A DNA stretch of 32,000 nucleotides from Verrucomicrobiota bacterium (GCA_021294815.2 CP095464.1:810001-842000), one strand, 5' to 3'; shown: positions 1 through 11,202, counted from the stretch's first letter. The notes: generated by a model from the letters alone, not told the origin. Translations and numbers: made by a program.

Positions 1-1
1 G

Positions 2-1054
2 GAGGAAAAGTTAAGTGTGAGCCACGTGTATGCCAATTCTCCTGCAGCAGCTAAGGGCATTCGACGAGGGGACCAGTTGATAGCAATTGACAGTATTCCG
101 GTGACTTCCTATCGACTATTTCTAGACCTATTACGAGGGCAGGAAGAGGTATTGTGCGAGTTTGAACGAAAAGAAGGAGATCGGTATTCCGTTACAATTC
201 CGTGTGCGGAGGTCCCGCATCAGAAGCCGATGTTACGCCTTGCGTTGGATTTCGAGGGGACACTGGAACTTTGCCCTGAGTTCACAGAGCCACTGACATC
301 CAAAGACCTTTGTGAGCAACCCTGTACGCTACGATGTTTGTCATGGATTAAAGATCTGGATTCCGGTGACAGCGACCTTACACTTTTAGGAGAAACACTT
401 TCGGTTCAGGCGTCCGACGCGCCTCAGACGCTTAAAGCGTACTGCGATTTTTTTAAAAGCCGTATAGGCCAACGCTTGGAACTACAAATCGGCGAGCAGA
501 AATATACTTTTGTAGTGACGACGGCTACCATTGACAAGGAAGTGGGCCACGAATCTTTAGGATTCGAGCTCCAAGAAACGACAGTTCAGATGCATATCCA
601 TCCGTTGACGCAAATTTCAGACAGCATACAAATGACCGCTCAAACGTTGATAAGTCTACTGACGCCATCAGCCGACGTACACTTCAAAAATCTCATGGGA
701 CCCACTGGAATTGTAAAAACACTTCACACCTTTGCCGTCACGGATTTTCGATTGTTGCTCTGGTTTGTAATTTTACTCAATGTCAACCTCGCCTTTCTCA
801 ATATTCTTCCACTTCCGATCCTCGACGGCGGCATCATTCTTTTAGCGCTTTTAGAGGCTGTTTTTCGGCGAAAATTTCCAGCACATACACTAGGTGCCAT
901 ACAGTCCATTTTCGCGTTAATTCTGCTGGGCTTCGTGCTCTATATCAGTGTTTTCGACGTCCACCGCATTTTGGGTGAACAAGACGCTAAAACCCAACTT
1001 CAGCGCCAGCAATTACTCGCCCTGGATGAAGCAGGTTTTTGGCGTCAAGGGTAA
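2..1054 (+). CDS. rseP: RseP-family (M50) site-2 membrane metalloprotease, C-terminal part; 5' end lies outside the window
   Basis: The frame is open from nt 2 to the window edge, so the ATG/GTG at 17 is probably internal. There is a PDZ-like segment (GIRRGDQLIAIDSIPV) and the C-terminal membrane motif NLAFLNILPLPILDGG, which is characteristic of RseP/YaeL proteases. The HExxH motif is expected upstream of the window. Confidence 0.85.
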   Translation, partial: EEKLSVSHVYANSPAAAKGIRRGDQLIAIDSIPVTSYRLFLDLLRGQEEVLCEFERKEGDRYSVTIPCAEVPHQKPMLRLALDFEGTLELCPEFTEPLTSKDLCEQPCTLRCLSWIKDLDSGDSDLTLLGETLSVQASDAPQTLKAYCDFFKSRIGQRLELQIGEQKYTFVVTTATIDKEVGHESLGFELQETTVQMHIHPLTQISDSIQMTAQTLISLLTPSADVHFKNLMGPTGIVKTLHTFAVTDFRLLLWFVILLNVNLAFLNILPLPILDGGIILLALLEAVFRRKFPAHTLGAIQSIFALILLGFVLYISVFDVHRILGEQDAKTQLQRQQLLALDEAGFWRQG

Positions 1055-1067
1055 AACTTGTAGATTT

Positions 1068-3734
1068 TTAGAGCAAGTCTAGAGTGCGATCGCCTCGTTG
1101 AAAACTTCCGCGAATGCGTCCCCAAATTCCGGGTGTGGCGCTCGGTTGTAGATCGTCGCGTTTCCGAATGAAACCAAAGAGTTTTGCCAATGACGGATCC
1201 GGCATAATAATGCGGAGACTGCCTATACCATTTGCGTCTCGAGTGATCATACAATTCCAGAGTTTGTTCCATATTTCTTGAGCATATCTTTTACTTCTCT
1301 CAAATGAATCTGGATCCATATTATTATCGGTATTTTTTTCAATTAATGCGTTATAGTCGTAGATTCCCGGAAGGGATTTCATTGCTTTTGGATAAAAAGC
1401 AATCTCTCGAGTTGATGGGCGCAAAAGACGTGCAATACTTATCGGTTTTGTCTGTTGATCAAGGATTTGTAAAACTTCTGCATAGTCAAAATATGCCGGT
1501 GTGGAAAATCTCAACTCATCAATTTTTTGCCGTAGGACTTGTTGTAGACATTCTGGAATGATCAAACGAAGTTGCATTAAATTAGGTGAATCACGATAGA
1601 GGATCGATTCCTTGAAGCCGTTTTTTGAAAAAGATTGGGACGAGTTCTGTGCAAATCGTTCGTAACAACCATCATCGACTAGAACGCAACAGGGCTCATA
1701 ATGTCTCAATGCATCCTGCGTTTGTGCCTGATCGATAAACGCATTAAGAACTTGAGTGATACACAAAATGAGACCTTTTCGAACATTTTCCGCGATTACT
1801 TCAATATCATTATATTTCGTATTATTAGCAATCACATCAAGGTCTTCAGGTTTTATGGTAAGTTCTGAAAAACCCTTTTCTTGAGGGAAACTAGGAGATA
1901 GTGACGCAAATTTCATCAATAGTAACCGAGGATCGAGCTCATTTCCCCATGCGGTACCCTGCCTCCAGGTAACATAAGGGCCAAAGGCCGCAGCGTCTAT
2001 TGCGTCTGGAGCAGACCACTGACTATATATTGGCTTGCTAGAACCTGTAAATGGCTCATTATTTCCTACGCCATAAGCCTGCATTAAGATACCATGCATA
2101 TGCCAAGAGAAGTTTCCTAAAATGTGCCCTTTATGTAGCAGTATCCCTTGCTGAAGGACTGATACCATCCATTGCACGAGCTGTACAGGGTTATTTATAA
2201 TCATCTGTTCGTAAAAGGTTTTGTCACTTGTTAAATGTAGCAGCGCAAACTGTAGTATTTGCTTAATGATAAATTTACGAACGTCTTGGACGGCAAAAGT
2301 CCCATTTTCTTGCTTGGAGTAGTTGTAGTCCTTTAAACCCCTTCGAATACTTTTGCAAACTGCTTTCCTTGCCTTTTTGATCTCTTTATTACTCCGATCA
2401 GTATTGGGATTGTAGTTGAAAATGCCATTTCGAGTGATTCGTGAGAGACTTTTATTAATCATTCCGAGGTCACGCTTCATGGATTGAACGGTGCGAATGG
2501 CGAGGTTGCATGACATCCAGTAGGGACCTGCAAATTGTTGGCCGTGATATGTTTGAAAATCTTTTCTGAAAAAAGAAAGCGACGGATATAATGTCTTTGC
2601 AGAAGAGGCGGCTTGTTCAAGAAGTCCTTCGAGCTTATCTAATTCGCCCATTTGGAGACCGTGGCGAAAATCCATTTGGTCGACATAATCACTGACCTGT
2701 AAGAAAAGATTTTTACTGGCGTCAGCAGGATTTTTGGCGTCGAAATAGAAATCGGTAGGGTTATTTACCTCGGAAAAAGATTGTTTATGAAGGCTGTTTT
2801 GGCCAAGGTTTGATGCAGGATTATCGGATTGAAGAACTACGGAGTGTGTATTATGGGCACCATTGATCGGTGTGAGTGTGCCATCCTTGGATAAACGCCA
2901 GGTGATGCCTGTGAGCTGCGAATTACTCTGAGTAGAGTTTGGTATAGAGGTTCTTTGTGGGTTTGTGGCAACGGACGTATCGGAAGCTTCGTCGCGTGCA
3001 TGTGGTTCCCTACTTTTATGGCGATTCCAAAGGCCGAAAAATCCCTTTGATTGTACTTTTTGAGGAGTGGATAATTGAGAACTGTTTTGAGTTACATCCG
3101 CTACGGAATCACGGTGTCGATCGGAAATATCTGGTGTACTGGTCCTATAGTATCGAGAAGTTATACCGTTTTTAAAGCGGTTCCAGAGATTTGGAGATTG
3201 CTCGGTCGAGACCTCTAGAGAGGGGGCGGCTGCTTGAAGGTTGTTATGCTCCGGGACAGATAAGGGATTGTTTGGTTCATTGGACGTAAACGGCGTGTCT
3301 GAAATTTTGTTTTGTGGAGGTTTTGTGTTGTTTCTGAAGCGATTCCAGAATCCTGAAGGTTTTGCAACTTGCGAACTTTTGGTGGTTTCGGATTGCATGA
3401 ACGCGCGATTTGACTGGGGATATTGGGCGTCCTTAAAATAATTCTGAGTGCCTCTGTTTTGACTTCCATTTTCGGCAGCAAGGTTTTCTGCCGCAGTAGT
3501 TTCCCTTCCGCTATACCAACGATTCCTTAAGCGACTCCAAAATCGATTTTGTTGGGGTAAAGTTGTGGTTTTTTCATGCCAATTTTCACTTTTATTGGGG
3601 TAATGTTGACGTCCAAAATTAGGTTGAATAGGCGGTGTTTCTTGTGTGTCGACTTGTAAGAAAGGATCTAAATCCGCATCGGCAGCATTGTGGTACGCAT
3701 ACTGAGGGGCCTCATAATTTGCAAACGGCATCAT
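1068..3734 (-). CDS. Hypothetical 888-aa protein of unknown family: low-complexity N-terminal half with a periodic W-x-R motif, and a roughly 550-aa C-terminal domain I do not recognise
   Basis: Single uninterrupted 2.67-kb ORF with only short shadow ORFs opposite. I see no signal peptide or TM segment at the N-terminus (MMPFANYEAPQYAYHNAADADLDPF...). No catalytic signature is recognisable. It lies on the same strand as the pseudopilin gene and 75 bp downstream of it. Confidence 0.8.
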   Translation of the reverse strand: MMPFANYEAPQYAYHNAADADLDPFLQVDTQETPPIQPNFGRQHYPNKSENWHEKTTTLPQQNRFWSRLRNRWYSGRETTAAENLAAENGSQNRGTQNYFKDAQYPQSNRAFMQSETTKSSQVAKPSGFWNRFRNNTKPPQNKISDTPFTSNEPNNPLSVPEHNNLQAAAPSLEVSTEQSPNLWNRFKNGITSRYYRTSTPDISDRHRDSVADVTQNSSQLSTPQKVQSKGFFGLWNRHKSREPHARDEASDTSVATNPQRTSIPNSTQSNSQLTGITWRLSKDGTLTPINGAHNTHSVVLQSDNPASNLGQNSLHKQSFSEVNNPTDFYFDAKNPADASKNLFLQVSDYVDQMDFRHGLQMGELDKLEGLLEQAASSAKTLYPSLSFFRKDFQTYHGQQFAGPYWMSCNLAIRTVQSMKRDLGMINKSLSRITRNGIFNYNPNTDRSNKEIKKARKAVCKSIRRGLKDYNYSKQENGTFAVQDVRKFIIKQILQFALLHLTSDKTFYEQMIINNPVQLVQWMVSVLQQGILLHKGHILGNFSWHMHGILMQAYGVGNNEPFTGSSKPIYSQWSAPDAIDAAAFGPYVTWRQGTAWGNELDPRLLLMKFASLSPSFPQEKGFSELTIKPEDLDVIANNTKYNDIEVIAENVRKGLILCITQVLNAFIDQAQTQDALRHYEPCCVLVDDGCYERFAQNSSQSFSKNGFKESILYRDSPNLMQLRLIIPECLQQVLRQKIDELRFSTPAYFDYAEVLQILDQQTKPISIARLLRPSTREIAFYPKAMKSLPGIYDYNALIEKNTDNNMDPDSFERSKRYAQEIWNKLWNCMITRDANGIGSLRIIMPDPSLAKLFGFIRKRDDLQPSATPGIWGRIRGSFQRGDRTLDLL
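3009..3542 (-). repeat. Four in-frame copies of a short protein motif [FL]W[NS]R[FLH][RK][NS] inside the 888-aa ORF
   Basis: FWSRLRNR (aa 65-72, nt 3519-3542), FWNRFRNN (aa 129-136, nt 3327-3350), LWNRFKNG (aa 183-190, nt 3165-3188) and LWNRHKSR (aa 235-242, nt 3009-3032). Spacing is 64/54/52 codons. Degenerate copies lie near the C-terminus: IWNKLWN (nt 1254-1274) and IWGRIRGS (nt 1104-1127). Confidence 0.6.
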
Positions 3735-3809
3735 AGATGAATGTTATAATTTTAAGAAAAAACTGCAAATTAATTTTGGTTATTGTGAACTTAAATTAAA
3801 AATTTAGCT

Positions 3810-4568
3810 TTAGAGTTCTTTCCCTTGCCAGCTGACAAAATAGGCGCCTTCGGGGAAGGCTTGATTTAAGTTGTCAGTCGAAAGATTGGTGCCATATTGC
3901 TGGAAACGTCCTGAAATTGTTGGAAACCATTCAACGTGGCCGTCAAAAAACGCGATAAGACCACCTCGATCGCCCCAAATACCGCTATTGGTATCAGAAG
4001 ATGAGTTCCATTGACCTTGAGGAGAAAGACCGCGGCTATAACAACAGGGGATTTTCGATGACAGTAATTCATCATCACTTTGGAATGAATCTTTGGCGAT
4101 GCAGCAGACGACGCTCAAGGGTGTATTCCCGCCACTTTGCTTCCCTCGGAATTTTTCGACGATACGATCGGAGGACGCATCATACATGGTTGCGACCATA
4201 TTTTTTTTCGTCAAAGGATCGAAATCCCACATCCAAACCGAAACATCGCTGATGTAGCCGTATTTTGCCAAAAGTGCGGCGACAAGGTTAGCATCGCCGT
4301 CACCAGAGGCCTGGGCACTCAATTCATACAAATCAGAGGGGCGGATAGCGTGGCCATGATCACGAATAAAATTGATATGGGCGAGGGCAATTGTCCTTAA
4401 ATTGGCAGCTGCAGTGGCGCGCTGTGAGCGTTCAGTCAGTGCACGTAGATTGGGGATCGCGAGACAAATCAGAATTGCCAGAATTCCAATGACAACGGTA
4501 AGTTCTAAAAGCGAAAAACTCTTTCGATTGGCGTATTGTGACACGGAGATATTTTGTAAAATTTTCAT
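3810..4568 (-). CDS. Type II secretion / type IV pilin-like pseudopilin (prepilin-type N-terminal methylation domain), PVC-style
   Basis: The N-terminus RKS/FSLLELTVVIGILAILICLAIP matches the prepilin cleavage-methylation motif: F at +1, E at +5, then a hydrophobic helix. The C-terminal FFDGHVEW (nt 3927-3950) resembles, from memory, the conserved xFxDGHV motif of DUF1559 / H-X9-DG-type pseudopilins. Confidence 0.8.
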   Translation of the reverse strand: MKILQNISVSQYANRKSFSLLELTVVIGILAILICLAIPNLRALTERSQRATAAANLRTIALAHINFIRDHGHAIRPSDLYELSAQASGDGDANLVAALLAKYGYISDVSVWMWDFDPLTKKNMVATMYDASSDRIVEKFRGKQSGGNTPLSVVCCIAKDSFQSDDELLSSKIPCCYSRGLSPQGQWNSSSDTNSGIWGDRGGLIAFFDGHVEWFPTISGRFQQYGTNLSTDNLNQAFPEGAYFVSWQGKEL

Positions 4569-4602
4569 AAAAGGACAAATTTAAAACAATATTGCGCTTT
4601 TT

Positions 4603-6021
4603 ATGGGAAAAACTAGCTCCCGAAGCGTGGTCTTTTTGTACAATTTGCGGCGGCATGCTTTAGAGGAAATTCAACCGAGCCAACCGGACCAAGTGCTGCG
4701 TATCTATTGCTGCGGTCCCACGGTGTATAATTTAGCACATATCGGTAATTTCCGTACCTTTTTGCTTCAAGATGTACTACAGCGTCTGCTGTTGACCTCT
4801 GGATACAAGGTGAAGTTCGTGCGCAATATCACGGATGTGGACGATAAGACGATCAGCGGGTCACAACAGGCAGGGATTTCGCTTAACAATTTTACGCAAC
4901 ACTGGATTGACTGTTTTCATCGTGATTCCCAAAAATTAAACATTTTGGCTCCCGATGTGGAGTCGAGGGCGACAGAGCATATCGCGGAACAGATTGCAAT
5001 GATCCAGCGGCTTGTCGATGAGGGACATGCTTACGCTACGGGGGATGGTTCCGTATATTTTCGGATCGCCAGCTTCCCCGACTATGGAAAGGTTTCCGGG
5101 ATCGCTTTAGCGCAACTTGAATCGCAGGAAACTAACAGCGCCGGACAGCGTAATCAGTCAGATGAGTATTCGCGCGATCATGTTTGCGACTTTGCGCTTT
5201 GGAAGGCTTATAAACCCGAAGATGGCGACGTTTTTTGGGAAAGCCCCTGGGGGCGCGGGCGTCCGGGATGGCATATTGAGTGCAGTGCGATGGCCCAGAA
5301 ATACCTCGGACCGACGATCGATATTCATGGCGGAGGAATCGACCTGTGCTTCCCGCACCATGAAAACGAGGTCGCGCAGTCAGAGTGCGCGACAAAAGTG
5401 CCCTTTGTGCGCCATTGGTTCCACTCTGCGCATTTATTGATCGAGGGGCAGAAAATGTCCAAAAGCTTGGGCAATATTTACACGCTTGAAGACCTTTTGG
5501 GAAAAGGCTACGATGCGGCAACGGTTCGGTATGCCTTGATCAGCGCCCATTATCGCCAGACGCTCAATTTTACACAGGCGAGTCTCGAGGCCGCACAAAG
5601 CGCACTTAAAAAACTCCGTGCACATATCACAGCGATGGGAATTTCTGAAGCAATTGAAAAGCAGCCGGTATCAGAATGGCGTTTTTTCAACAAAGCGATG
5701 GAAGCACTTCAGCAGGATCTCAATACGCCCAAATGCCTCGGAGAATTGTTTTCCGTTCTCAATCAGCATCCGACCATTCAAGCTGATTTTATCAATGAAT
5801 TGCTAACAGTTTTATGGATTTTGGGTCTCTATGAACCACTGTTGGAGCGGCAAGAACGAGACCAAGAGATTCCGTTAGAAATTACGGCACTTGCAGAGGA
5901 GCGAAAGCGTGCAAAGGCGCAGAAACAGTACGCGGAGGCGGATCGATTGCGGGCGCAAATTAACGCCAAAGGTTGGTCTATCACCGATCAAAAGGACGGT
6001 TATCAGCTGATGCCAAATTAA
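4603..6021 (+). CDS. cysS: Cysteine--tRNA ligase
   Basis: CCGPTVYNLAHIGNFRTF (HIGH-region), PGWHIECSAM, the Zn/cysteine-site block IHGGGIDLCFPHHENEVAQSE, and KMSKS all present. 472 aa. Confidence 0.95.
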   Translation: MGKTSSRSVVFLYNLRRHALEEIQPSQPDQVLRIYCCGPTVYNLAHIGNFRTFLLQDVLQRLLLTSGYKVKFVRNITDVDDKTISGSQQAGISLNNFTQHWIDCFHRDSQKLNILAPDVESRATEHIAEQIAMIQRLVDEGHAYATGDGSVYFRIASFPDYGKVSGIALAQLESQETNSAGQRNQSDEYSRDHVCDFALWKAYKPEDGDVFWESPWGRGRPGWHIECSAMAQKYLGPTIDIHGGGIDLCFPHHENEVAQSECATKVPFVRHWFHSAHLLIEGQKMSKSLGNIYTLEDLLGKGYDAATVRYALISAHYRQTLNFTQASLEAAQSALKKLRAHITAMGISEAIEKQPVSEWRFFNKAMEALQQDLNTPKCLGELFSVLNQHPTIQADFINELLTVLWILGLYEPLLERQERDQEIPLEITALAEERKRAKAQKQYAEADRLRAQINAKGWSITDQKDGYQLMPN

Positions 6022-6037
6022 AAAACAAAAGAGCTTG

Positions 6038-6071
6038 TCTTTTCTATTGTTTACCCTTGGGATAGAAAAGA
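6038..6071 (+). terminator. AT-rich hairpin downstream of cysS (possible weak terminator or regulatory stem)
   Basis: tcttttctat (6038-6047) is the exact reverse complement of atagaaaaga (6062-6071), with a 14-nt loop. No clear U-tract follows. Confidence 0.3.
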
Positions 6072-6086
6072 TACAATCTTAACATC

Positions 6087-8408
6087 ATGGAAGAGGGCGG
6101 TTTGATACGTGACTTTGCGGTCCTGATCGGAGCGGCTGGGACTGCAGGTTTGATTTTCCATTTTTTGCGGCTCCCGCTTTTGCTCGGGTACATCTTAAGT
6201 GGGTTTATTATCGGACCTCATTTTGCGCTCGCACCGTACATCCAGAACTACGAGGTATTGCAGCAGTTTGGCGATCTTGGCGTCATTTTCCTGATGTTCT
6301 ATATCGGCTTGGAGTTTGACCTCGACAAGCTGCGGCGGACGATGGGGCCTTCGTTTTTAGCCGTTTTATTCCAAACAGTCATCATGATGTTTGTTGGAAT
6401 TTTGTCGGCGCGATGTCTTGGATGGCAAGGCGTTAACGGGTTATTTCTCGGGGCACTCATGGCGATCAGTTCGACGATGATGACGATCCCGGTGCTCAAA
6501 GAAGAAAAGGCACTCGATACGCACTATGCCCAGTTAGCCATTGGAATTTTAGTTCTCGAGGACTTTGTTGCGATTTTGCTACTCGTTATCCTTTCCGGTA
6601 TCTCGATGAAGGGCCATTTCGAATGGAAAGCAGTTGAGCAGGTTACATTCTTGTTGGGTGTTTTTGTTGTCATGGTCTTTGTTCTTGGCCGTTTTTGTGG
6701 TGCCCGTATTTCGGCCTGGTTGAGCAAAATTACCTCGCCGGATTTGTTGGTTTTGATCCCCATTGGGTTTGCATTAGGAATTGGAGAGCTCGCTAATGAG
6801 GTGCATTTTTCGACGGAGTTGGGGGCATTTTTAGCGGGATCGGTTCTGTCGCAGACGGCGTTTGCGCATAAAATTGATGCCATCACAGAGCCGTTGCGCA
6901 ATATGTTTTGTGCGATCTTTTTCGTTACGATTGGGATGGCCATTGATCCGGTGCAGATTGCGCAACACTGGGTTGCAATTCTGGTAATTTCGGTGGTCGC
7001 GACGATTGCTCAGATTTTTGTTTGTTGGTTCGGGCTTTATTTGGCGGGAGAAGATTCAAAGGTATCGTTTTATACCTCGGTTTACAAATCGCAAAAGGGG
7101 GAGTTTAGCTTTGTTATTGCGGGACTTGGTGCTTCATTAGGGGTAACCGATCCGGCGTTAATGTCGATCGCTGTTGGGCTTTCGCTTTGTACGATTGTAT
7201 TGAGTTCATTGCTCAGAAAGTACATCGAGCCGCTCTACGGTGTCATTGGCCGGTGTATACCGAAATCGCTCGTTAATTTTGATCAGTTTTACCGTCGTTT
7301 TCAGCAGGCAGCAAAACTAGAGGTCGAAAAAATGACCTTTTTACACGAGGCGAAAGAGTATATTTTGAGCCTTGTTTGGTACTTTTTAATGCTCGTAGGA
7401 TTGATGATTTTGGCGGGATTTTTCTCCCAAGGCGTCGAAAATAAATCGTGGCCGTTCATCGCGCAGCATGAGATGATTGCTATGGCGGTGATTTGGATTT
7501 GTGCCGCGTTCATCATTATGCCGATTTTCGCTGGTGTCGTCAAAAATATCAACGAGATTATCAATATTGTCCTTAATCACATTTTTCACTCAGAGCAGCA
7601 GGCACAACAACAGGAAAATAGCCGTAGCATTGGCGTCATCCGGCACGTCGTTTTGTCGATTGTTCTACTTTTTATTGGGATTATTTTTGTTTCCGTTTCA
7701 TCAGCTTATCTACCGACAGGATACCCGTTAACTGTTTTCGCACTCTGTTCAATTGGCCAGGCAGCATTTGGATGGCGTGAACTTCTTAAGTCCAATAGCC
7801 GGTTTGAAAAGTCTTTCCGTGAAACCTTTATCGCTGAAGTACAGGAAAAGGATGACGAGTATCGTGATGCGATTATGCAGCGTGCACGTGAAAAATATCC
7901 ATGGACGGCGCAGATCAAAAATTACCGCCTCCCGAAAAATAGTATCGCAGTGGGCCATAAGATTTCGAGCCTTCAATTAAGAGAAAATACGGGGACAACG
8001 ATTGTCGCGGTTTCGCGCAGCGGATATACCTGTTATTCGCCGTCTCCCGATGCGATTCTTTTCCCGGATGATCAGTTGTTGTTGATGGGGGAGGAGTCCC
8101 AGATCCAATCTGCGATCGATTTCTTTAATGAAGAAGCGGCCGACAGTGTTGTTTCAGCTAATCGTGTTGAGTTCGCGATCGATAATTACTGCATCACTCC
8201 GACGAGCCCATTTTTAGGGAAGGCGATTGCCGCGACGGGTATTCGCAGTCAGTATGGTGTCAACATCGCGGGGATCCAGCGTATGGGAGAAAAAATTACA
8301 ATGCCAAAGCCTTCGCTCGTACTCGAAAAAGACGACATTTTGATCCTCACTGGTCCAAGGCGTGCAATCGAAAAATTGAAACAATCGGAGTTGACGCCTC
8401 GGGCTTAA
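6087..8408 (+). CDS. CPA2-family cation:proton antiporter (Kef-like) with an extra membrane segment and two C-terminal RCK_C (TrkA-C) domains
   Basis: The roughly 390-aa N-terminal polytopic domain begins with a typical Na+/H+-exchanger start (LLLGYILSGFIIGPH...). Further TM helices lie around aa 430-560. Two TrkA-C-like repeats are present (IAVGHKISSLQLRENTGTTIVAV... and FLGKAIAATGIRSQYGVNIAGIQR...). Confidence 0.85.
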   Translation: MEEGGLIRDFAVLIGAAGTAGLIFHFLRLPLLLGYILSGFIIGPHFALAPYIQNYEVLQQFGDLGVIFLMFYIGLEFDLDKLRRTMGPSFLAVLFQTVIMMFVGILSARCLGWQGVNGLFLGALMAISSTMMTIPVLKEEKALDTHYAQLAIGILVLEDFVAILLLVILSGISMKGHFEWKAVEQVTFLLGVFVVMVFVLGRFCGARISAWLSKITSPDLLVLIPIGFALGIGELANEVHFSTELGAFLAGSVLSQTAFAHKIDAITEPLRNMFCAIFFVTIGMAIDPVQIAQHWVAILVISVVATIAQIFVCWFGLYLAGEDSKVSFYTSVYKSQKGEFSFVIAGLGASLGVTDPALMSIAVGLSLCTIVLSSLLRKYIEPLYGVIGRCIPKSLVNFDQFYRRFQQAAKLEVEKMTFLHEAKEYILSLVWYFLMLVGLMILAGFFSQGVENKSWPFIAQHEMIAMAVIWICAAFIIMPIFAGVVKNINEIINIVLNHIFHSEQQAQQQENSRSIGVIRHVVLSIVLLFIGIIFVSVSSAYLPTGYPLTVFALCSIGQAAFGWRELLKSNSRFEKSFRETFIAEVQEKDDEYRDAIMQRAREKYPWTAQIKNYRLPKNSIAVGHKISSLQLRENTGTTIVAVSRSGYTCYSPSPDAILFPDDQLLLMGEESQIQSAIDFFNEEAADSVVSANRVEFAIDNYCITPTSPFLGKAIAATGIRSQYGVNIAGIQRMGEKITMPKPSLVLEKDDILILTGPRRAIEKLKQSELTPRA

Positions 8409-8430
8409 TTTTTTACACTTTCGATGGCGG

Positions 8431-10739
<2,309 letters not shown>

Positions 10740-10742
10740 ACG

Positions 10743-11150
10743 GTGTCGCTACAGATCGAAGTCGTAACCCCCGCGCGGACGATTACCGCGAAAGAAGTCG
10801 CGTCGCTTGCTGTCGATACGACAATGGGCGAGATTGAGATTTTGCCTGGGCATCGCCCGCTGATGACGTTATTAGAAACAGGAAGTGCCCGCCTTCAGTT
10901 CGCGGATGGTCATACGGAGATCATTGCGACCTCTTCGGGGATCCTTCATCTCGAAAACGATGCCGCGGTACTTGTCGTCGAGGAAGCCGTTGATGTCCAT
11001 CACTTAGAGGTACAGGAGCTGGAAGATGCCAAAATGTTGGCGCAAAAGGCGTTACAGGGAGTGGTCACGCGGGGAAATCTCGATCAAAACGCGCTCGACC
11101 AATTGTCGGCGAAAGTGCGCTCCGAGTTGCTGAAAAAATTAAAAAAATAA
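10743..11150 (+). CDS. atpC: F1 ATP synthase epsilon subunit (GTG start)
   Basis: 135 aa. Contains G(E)IEILPGHRPLMT, a typical epsilon beta-sandwich motif. A GGAGG lies 8-12 nt upstream of the GTG. The gene sits immediately after atpD. Confidence 0.85.
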   Translation: MSLQIEVVTPARTITAKEVASLAVDTTMGEIEILPGHRPLMTLLETGSARLQFADGHTEIIATSSGILHLENDAAVLVVEEAVDVHHLEVQELEDAKMLAQKALQGVVTRGNLDQNALDQLSAKVRSELLKKLKK

Positions 11151-11202
11151 ATTTTTCGGGATAAATCTTTGACGCCTCGGTTTTGTTGGGTAGAAAAAAT
11201 CC

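Noticed and set aside
3165-3670. Resemblance of DPF (aa 23-25) and WNRF (W-x-x-F) in the orphan protein to eukaryotic AP-2 appendage-binding short linear motifs, which would suggest a host-targeted effector.
   Set aside because: The known motifs sit in acidic contexts, whereas these are in basic contexts. Three- to four-residue matches are expected by chance in a low-complexity region. There is no evidence that the organism is host-associated.
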